Positions 62,501-64,000 of a DNA stretch of 64,000 nt are shown here, one piece after another (position 1 is the first letter of the stretch; each line of letters starts with the position of its first letter). The notes below the pieces were generated by a model. The model saw only the letters and a list, made by a program, of their open reading frames with translations. It had not been told where the DNA came from and searched no databases. Source of the stretch: Octopus sinensis. Lineage: Eukaryota. The DNA lies in assembly GCF_006345805.1 (NCBI RefSeq), contig NC_043000.1, positions 90,272,001 through 90,336,000 on the forward strand. Reading direction: 5' to 3'. The translations under genes and the position numbers were made by a program.

Positions 62501-63946
62501 TCTGTATTTAGTTTTATTTTTTTCTCCCTCTGGTTGAAAGAAACTGAAAGAAGCATGTCGTGTGTGTGTGTATGTATGTATATATCAACATATGGATCAG
62601 TCCCACTACATGTCACTTTGCATAAGTGTCTTCTTCTATAGCCCGTGGCTGACCAAAGCCTTGTGAAAGGATTTGGTAGAAAGAAACTGAAAGAAGCATG
62701 TCATATGTGTGTGTGTGTCTGTTTAACACACACACACATCCATTTACCATGCTGGCAAGGGTTACGTGGTTTGACTGGAACTGGTAAGCTGGAGAGCTGT
62801 ACCAGGCTCCAGTCTGTTTTGGCTTGGTTTCTATGGCTAGATGCCCTTCCTAATGCCATCCTCTCCACAGATTGTACTGGGTGCTTTCACATGTTACCGG
62901 CACTGGTAATGGCTATGATTTTACTTAGCCTGACATTTCTTCTCAAGCACAGCAAATAGCCAAAAGTCTTGATCACTTGTCATTATCTCCATGAGACCCA
63001 ACATCTGAAGATCAAGTTTCACCACCATGTCCCATGTCTTCCTGGGTCTACTTCTTCCACAAGTTCCCTCCACAATTAAAGATCAGTACTTCCTTACATA
63101 GCTGTCCTCATCCATTTGCTTCACATGGCCACGTCAGCACAGTCTTCTCTCTCACACACCACATCTGATGCCTTTTATGCCCAATTTTTCTCTCAAGATA
63201 CTTACACTCTGTTGTACATGCACACTGACATTGCACATCTAGCAAAGCATACTAACTTCATTTCTCTCAAGCTTCCCCATGTTTTCTGCAGTCATAGTCC
63301 ATGTTTCATGCATGTGCATGGTGTATGTGTGTGTGTGTGTGTTAGGGTCTCCTTGTCTTAATATTGTGCAATAGTTGTAAACAATATTTTGTTTCCAATC
63401 TTCCATGAAAATATTACCTTGCTTGAAAGTAGGTCAGGTCGGTTACTAGAAGGGCATCCAACTGTAAAAAATTTGCATCAACAGATTCCATACAACACAT
63501 GTGTCCAATGGAAAAGAGAATATTAAATGATGATGATGGTGTTGTCTAGATTCTCTCTCAGCTAATTTGCATTTTGTTTGCCTTTCATGTATTTTAACAT
63601 CAGTAAAAGACATCATATGTTGAGATATATTTGTTGGACATTCATCTTTAAATTTATTTCCATCCTCACATCTAGCAATCATTTGTCAGTTTGTGTGTGT
63701 GTGTATAACTTTGTATATTAATTTTGTTATTTGAATCTTTCATAGATTGCTGTTGATGGCGTTGGAGGAGTTGGAGGAGATGACCAGGATGATGGCTCAA
63801 ATGTTATTGGCACTGATGCGGACAACTTAGAAGAAGTGCATGATGCTGCAACAGCGATGATGGAAAATAGCAGTGTTGATAACATTGAATGTGATCCAAA
63901 TCCCTGTGTTGAATTGGGCAAAGAGAAAGAAAACCATATCTGCCAT
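6360..63946 (+). CDS. ZNF236: Zinc finger protein 236-like multi-C2H2 transcription factor; 22 coding exons in window, 3'-incomplete
   Basis: Hand-spliced GT-AG exons give one continuous frame of 5058 nt. Motifs match my recollection of vertebrate ZNF236: [132 protein letters not shown]. Confidence 0.93.
7855..8245 (+). mobile_element. SINE family A, near full length
   Basis: Same head, core and tail as 1701-2096. Confidence 0.88.
8400..8830 (+). mobile_element. HERO-clade (restriction-like endonuclease) non-LTR retrotransposon fragment
   Basis: [20 protein letters not shown]...SNLYW...CSLC...[14 protein letters not shown] then, after a frameshift, [14 protein letters not shown] and WELKADL; this fits the CCHC knuckle region of HERO elements as I recall it. 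Confidence 0.72.
8955..9312 (+). mobile_element. Non-autonomous element with terminal hairpin, possibly Helentron-associated (HINE-like)
   Basis: Begins AACAAGAGCACTCAGAGAG; ends in a perfect 12-bp hairpin TACCTCTGCCTT-tggt-AAGGCAGAGGTA at 9283-9310. Confidence 0.45.
10300..10606 (+). mobile_element. RTE LINE 3' end with about 61-bp internal tandem units and (GAT)n tail
   Basis: TGGCACGTAAAAAGCACC units, GGCGTTAGGAAG..CATCCAGC, GGACGTTAAACGATGATGAT end; the same tail is joined to the RTE ORF at 39800-40550 and 62740-63310. Confidence 0.8.
10606..11380. repeat. Complex (TA)n/(TATG)n/(TG)n satellite
   Basis: Direct observation; source of the spurious YIYI ORFs. Confidence 0.95.
11381..13270. 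repeat. Tandem duplication of an about 980-bp unit (11381-12290, 12363-13270) containing a SINE B fragment (-)
   Basis: Offset 982 then 981; the only difference seen by eye is G5 versus G4 in GATTTGGGG(G)TTT. Confidence 0.95.
13932..14163. mobile_element. piggyBac-like MITE (further copies 2461-2640, 15602-15828, 35094-35320, 59082-59305, 59305-59495)
   Basis: TTAA-flanked CCCTTTA...TAAAGG(G) ends; shared internal sequence. Confidence 0.75.
15055..15260 (-). mobile_element. tRNA-derived SINE family B
   Basis: Reverse complement of the family with CTGGCAGAATC.TTAGC, GAGTTCAAATTCC and GCCTTTCATCCTTT. Confidence 0.8.
16000..16440 (-). mobile_element. Penelope-like GIY-YIG relic
   Basis: GYSAI...[18 protein letters not shown] and [21 protein letters not shown] parallel VY.A...YIGMT.N.FK.RY..H..F and W.IL..A...C.LC..EK of PLEs; frameshifted. 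Confidence 0.6.
16929..17194 (+). CDS. ZNF236: Exon 2 (DYTQYLNQ...KPPVGK), phase 1 to 0
   Basis: Pyrimidine tract plus TTAG acceptor; open frame; AAA|GTAAGT donor. Confidence 0.82.
18028..18330 (+). CDS. ZNF236: Exon 3: fingers 1-3 and first half of finger 4
   Basis: CCAG|GGT acceptor; CKSC, CTHC, CPEC, CTEC; CAG|GTGAAC donor. Confidence 0.95.
18378..18595 (+). mobile_element. SINE family B (further copies 17765-17960, 19125-19355, 53050-53200)
   Basis: Head AAGGTGGTGAG.TGG, B-box-like GAGTTCA.ATT, GCCTTTCATCCTTTCG.GGTCGAT core. Confidence 0.82.
19366..19700. repeat. Polypyrimidine low-complexity tract with C-run repeats
   Basis: Almost entirely C/T; CCCCTCCCTACC-like units at about 19590-19645. 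Confidence 0.9.
19856..19992 (+). CDS. ZNF236: Exon 4: completes finger 4, finger 5; ends phase 2
   Basis: TCAG| acceptor; [10 protein letters not shown]...CRQC...HMKQHYRI; AA|GTAAGA donor. Confidence 0.95.
21345..21472 (+). CDS. ZNF236: Exon 5: finger 6
   Basis: GTAG| acceptor; [37 protein letters not shown]; G|GTAAGT donor. Confidence 0.95.
22878..23018. mobile_element. Mariner-type MITE, 141 bp
   Basis: Perfect 21-bp TIR AGGTTGTCCCAAAAGTTCGTA (22880-22900 and 22996-23016); TA on both sides. Confidence 0.88.
23074..23231 (+). CDS. ZNF236: Exon 6: finger 7 and most of finger 8
   Basis: ACAG| acceptor; CSMC...HMTKH and CEFC...[12 protein letters not shown]; CAG|GTGAGA donor. Confidence 0.95.
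24415..24780 (-). mobile_element. RTE LINE 3' end, well-preserved copy
   Basis: Reverse complement of 10300-10606 with few differences. Confidence 0.85.
25593..25712 (+). CDS. ZNF236: Exon 7: end of finger 8, finger 9
   Basis: TCAG| acceptor; RVH...[22 protein letters not shown]; ACG|GTAAGC donor. Confidence 0.95.
26580..27140 (+). mobile_element. CR1/L2-group LINE 3' fragment with (TAA)n tail
   Basis: [21 protein letters not shown] resembles the FFS.RVV..WN.LP..VV C-terminus; ends in TAA repeats. Confidence 0.65.
27802..27909 (+). CDS. ZNF236: Exon 8: acidic linker, phase 0-0
   Basis: TGCAG| acceptor; ELDSKESVQ...ELAGQ; CAG|GTAAGA donor; no finger to confirm. Confidence 0.78.
29187..29390 (+). 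CDS. ZNF236: Exon 9 ([12 protein letters not shown] linker), phase 0-0
   Basis: TCAAG| acceptor; conserved [12 protein letters not shown]; AAG|GTTTGT donor. Confidence 0.88.
30040..31430 (-). mobile_element. Tx1/L1-group LINE ORF2 fragment (RT), disrupted
   Basis: [56 protein letters not shown]; GC-rich relative to flanks. Confidence 0.88.
31752..31937 (+). mobile_element. Tc1-like transposase C-terminal relic
   Basis: [15 protein letters not shown]...[36 protein letters not shown] fits the end of Tc1-type transposases. Confidence 0.6.
32301..33370 (+). mobile_element. CR1/L2-group LINE RT fragment interrupted by a SINE
   Basis: [40 protein letters not shown]...M.FNAEKF. Confidence 0.9.
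33108..33335 (+). mobile_element. SINE family B inserted in the LINE, with target-site duplication
   Basis: Flanked by ATGA(T/G)TGATGATA at 33095-33107 and 33336-33348. Confidence 0.85.
33509..33878. repeat. About 370-bp imperfect palindrome (foldback or MITE)
   Basis: Arms about 33509-33690 and 33710-33878 align as reverse complements, e.g. TTTTACATTCAGTATACGTT / AACGTATACTGAATGTAAAA. Confidence 0.9.
33979..35030 (-). mobile_element. Mariner transposase pseudogene with one TIR
   Basis: [34 protein letters not shown]; TIR TTGGGTCATCCCATAAATAATGC next to TA at 33979. Confidence 0.88.
35622..35830 (+). mobile_element. Mariner-derived MITE, about 205 bp (partial minus copies 25375-25495 and 26105-26195)
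   Basis: Imperfect TIR AGGGGGTGCTGTAAAGTTCCTGGC / GCCAGGGACTTTTCAGCGTCCCCT; internal [14 protein letters not shown] transposase end. Confidence 0.78.
36000..36258 (+). CDS. ZNF236: Exon 10: fingers 10-12
   Basis: TCAG| acceptor; [20 protein letters not shown]; G|GTATGT donor. Confidence 0.96.
36790..37295 (+). mobile_element. Probable Penelope-like 3' relic ending in a hammerhead-like motif
   Basis: PWIMELQ..KSN resembles WI.ELQT..P.G; hammerhead-like core at 37194-37241. Confidence 0.45.
37300..38550. repeat. (TA)n/(TATG)n/(TAGA) satellite blocks, with an RTE tail fragment at 37365-37490
   Basis: Direct observation; 30-bp higher-order unit repeated 4 times at 37751-37870. Confidence 0.92.
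39800..40550 (-). mobile_element. RTE-clade LINE: ORF C-terminus plus 3'UTR with tandem units
   Basis: MLRWMCNVS...[13 protein letters not shown]...[16 protein letters not shown]...W is a typical RTE ORF end. Confidence 0.88.
40950..42330 (-). mobile_element. Penelope-like element fragment: RT C-half plus GIY-YIG
   Basis: [53 protein letters not shown]...[19 protein letters not shown]; contains stops and frameshifts. Confidence 0.9.
42811..43011 (+). CDS. ZNF236: Exon 11: finger 13 and [13 protein letters not shown]
   Basis: TTCAG| acceptor; G|GTAAAA donor; phase 1-1. Confidence 0.95.
43179..43733. mobile_element. Long-TIR foldback or MITE, about 120-bp arms
   Basis: 43179-43300 is the reverse complement of 43615-43733 (GTGGAATT...TTAAGC...ATAACCCC...AACTTTTTTATTTTTTGGAA). 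Confidence 0.8.
45003..45390 (-). mobile_element. SINE family A, near full length, antisense, 53 bp upstream of exon 12
   Basis: Reverse complement of 51623-52055. Confidence 0.88.
45444..45590 (+). CDS. ZNF236: Exon 12: finger 14
   Basis: CCAG| acceptor; [27 protein letters not shown]; G|GTCAGT donor. Confidence 0.95.
45820..46022 (-). mobile_element. tRNA-derived SINE, distinct family D
   Basis: Minus strand GGAGGTGCAATGG.CCAGTGG.TAGG (A box) and GGTTTCGATTCCCAG (B box), followed by a non-tRNA body. Confidence 0.75.
46726..47284 (+). mobile_element. Internally deleted mariner with both TIRs
   Basis: TA|TTGGGTTGTCTGGAAAGTTCATGCTGATTT with a degenerate reverse complement at about 47260-47284; [16 protein letters not shown] to [14 protein letters not shown]. 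Confidence 0.88.
47353..47602 (+). CDS. ZNF236: Exon 13: fingers 15-17; ends phase 2
   Basis: TCAG| acceptor; CKQC, CLVC, CPYC; AG|GTGAAA donor. Confidence 0.95.
49623..49917 (+). CDS. ZNF236: Exon 14: Q/T/S-rich linker
   Basis: GTCAG| acceptor; (R)[10 protein letters not shown]...LLEQ; CAG|GTAAAG donor; phases fit. Confidence 0.88.
50500..51490. mobile_element. Nested stack: SINE A (+) split by an RTE tail (+) 50620-50997 and an RTE tail (-) 51105-51350
   Basis: SINE A head 50500-50620, middle 51000-51090 and tail 51410-51490 lie in the correct order around the inserts. Confidence 0.75.
51623..52055 (+). mobile_element. SINE family A, full length, ending about 45 bp upstream of exon 15
   Basis: Complete head, core, microsatellite and tail. 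Confidence 0.9.
52101..52175 (+). CDS. ZNF236: Exon 15 (VFNVQQ...ITLP), 75 nt, phase 0-0
   Basis: T-rich tract plus GTAG acceptor; open frame; CCT|GTAAGT donor. Confidence 0.72.
52853..52953 (+). CDS. ZNF236: Exon 16 (SSQQLT...LPN), phase 0 to 2
   Basis: TTCAG| acceptor; AG|GTAAGT donor; required to restore the phase into exon 17. Confidence 0.8.
53757..53905 (+). CDS. ZNF236: Exon 17: finger 18
   Basis: TACAG| acceptor; [26 protein letters not shown]; G|GTATGT donor. Confidence 0.94.
55381..55550. repeat. 24-bp minisatellite (ATGCTATTTTCATCATATTTTCCA), about 7 copies, abutting the exon 18 acceptor
   Basis: Direct observation. Confidence 0.92.
55562..55825 (+). CDS. ZNF236: Exon 18: fingers 19-21
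   Basis: TGCAG| acceptor; CLQC, CQIC, CIYC; G|GTATGT donor. Confidence 0.94.
55890..56340. repeat. Degenerate 22-25-bp tandem array (GTGAAAGGAATGATATCTAGAT-like)
   Basis: GAAAG(G/A)ATGA recurs with roughly regular spacing. Confidence 0.7.
56345..56590 (-). mobile_element. Short ORF-less Penelope-derived element with a degenerate hammerhead motif and inverted tail copy
   Basis: Minus strand GACAC-CTGATGA-AGGCTG..CAGCC-AAAA-TG-TT-GTGTT; 22-bp inverted repeat at 56359-56380 and 56544-56565. Confidence 0.6.
57317..57950 (+). mobile_element. Three head-to-tail SINE family B copies
   Basis: The GAGTTCAAAT...TTTCATCCTTT...AAGTACCAGTT..G.ACTGGGG core appears three times. Confidence 0.88.
58523..58698 (+). 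CDS. ZNF236: Exon 19 ([16 protein letters not shown])
   Basis: TTAG| acceptor; conserved motif; CAG|GTATAC donor. Confidence 0.92.
58833..59031 (+). CDS. ZNF236: Exon 20: fingers 22-23
   Basis: ACAG| acceptor; CNKC...[12 protein letters not shown]; G|GTAAAT donor. Confidence 0.95.
59700..60010 (-). mobile_element. RTE LINE 3' end, well-preserved copy, upstream of exon 21
   Basis: Matches 24415-24780. Confidence 0.87.
60132..61396 (+). CDS. ZNF236: Exon 21 (1265 nt): fingers 24-25, polyQ/polyP tract, Q/T-rich region
   Basis: TCAG| acceptor; open for 421 codons; CAG|GTATAA donor. Confidence 0.93.
61555..62245. mobile_element. SINE (-) with CCAGTTCACTCAGCTG core, split by an RTE 3' end (+) at about 61695-62083
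   Basis: SINE head at about 62245-62085 and tail at about 61695-61555 on the minus strand; the insert ends in a (GAT)n tail. Confidence 0.72.
62740..63310 (-). mobile_element. RTE LINE 3' fragment: ORF end joined to a short 3'UTR
   Basis: Homologous to 40156-40530 and continuous with the GGAAGGGCATC tail. Confidence 0.8.
63746..63946 (+). CDS. ZNF236: Exon 22: acidic linker and start of finger 26 (ENHICH); gene continues beyond window
   Basis: ATAG| acceptor; open frame; CAT|GTGAGT donor. Confidence 0.85.
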
Positions 63947-64000
63947 GTGAGTTGATGTTTGTGAATTGTTTTTTTTCCTGTGGTCATATATTTATTTTTA

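Overview
AT-rich animal genomic DNA, most likely from an octopus. This is inferred from recalled repeat families and the dense (TA)n/(TG)n/(ATC)n microsatellites, and was not checked against a database. One intron-rich + strand gene dominates the window: a ZNF236-like multi-C2H2 zinc-finger transcription factor. I assembled 22 coding exons by hand from ATG 6360 to 63946. All have GT-AG junctions with compatible phases, giving 5058 nt or 1686 codons, 25 complete fingers and the start of a 26th. The gene continues past the window end. The introns and upstream region are transposon graveyards: tRNA-derived SINEs, many RTE LINE 3' ends, Tx1-, CR1- and HERO-like LINE fragments, Penelope-like (PLE) fragments, mariner/Tc1 relics, and hAT-, mariner- and piggyBac-type MITEs. 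I found no CRISPR array, no real tRNA or rRNA gene and no clear new multi-gene system. The best leads are: (1) three degenerate hammerhead-ribozyme motifs in PLE-derived sequence, one in a tiny ORF-less element; (2) an inverted repeat pair with a 72-bp perfect core bracketing the 1.27-kb polyQ/polyP exon, a circRNA/ADAR candidate; (3) long intronic foldback palindromes; and (4) a near-identical 980-bp tandem duplication that may be an assembly artefact. Family names rest on recalled motifs; repeat boundaries are approximate.
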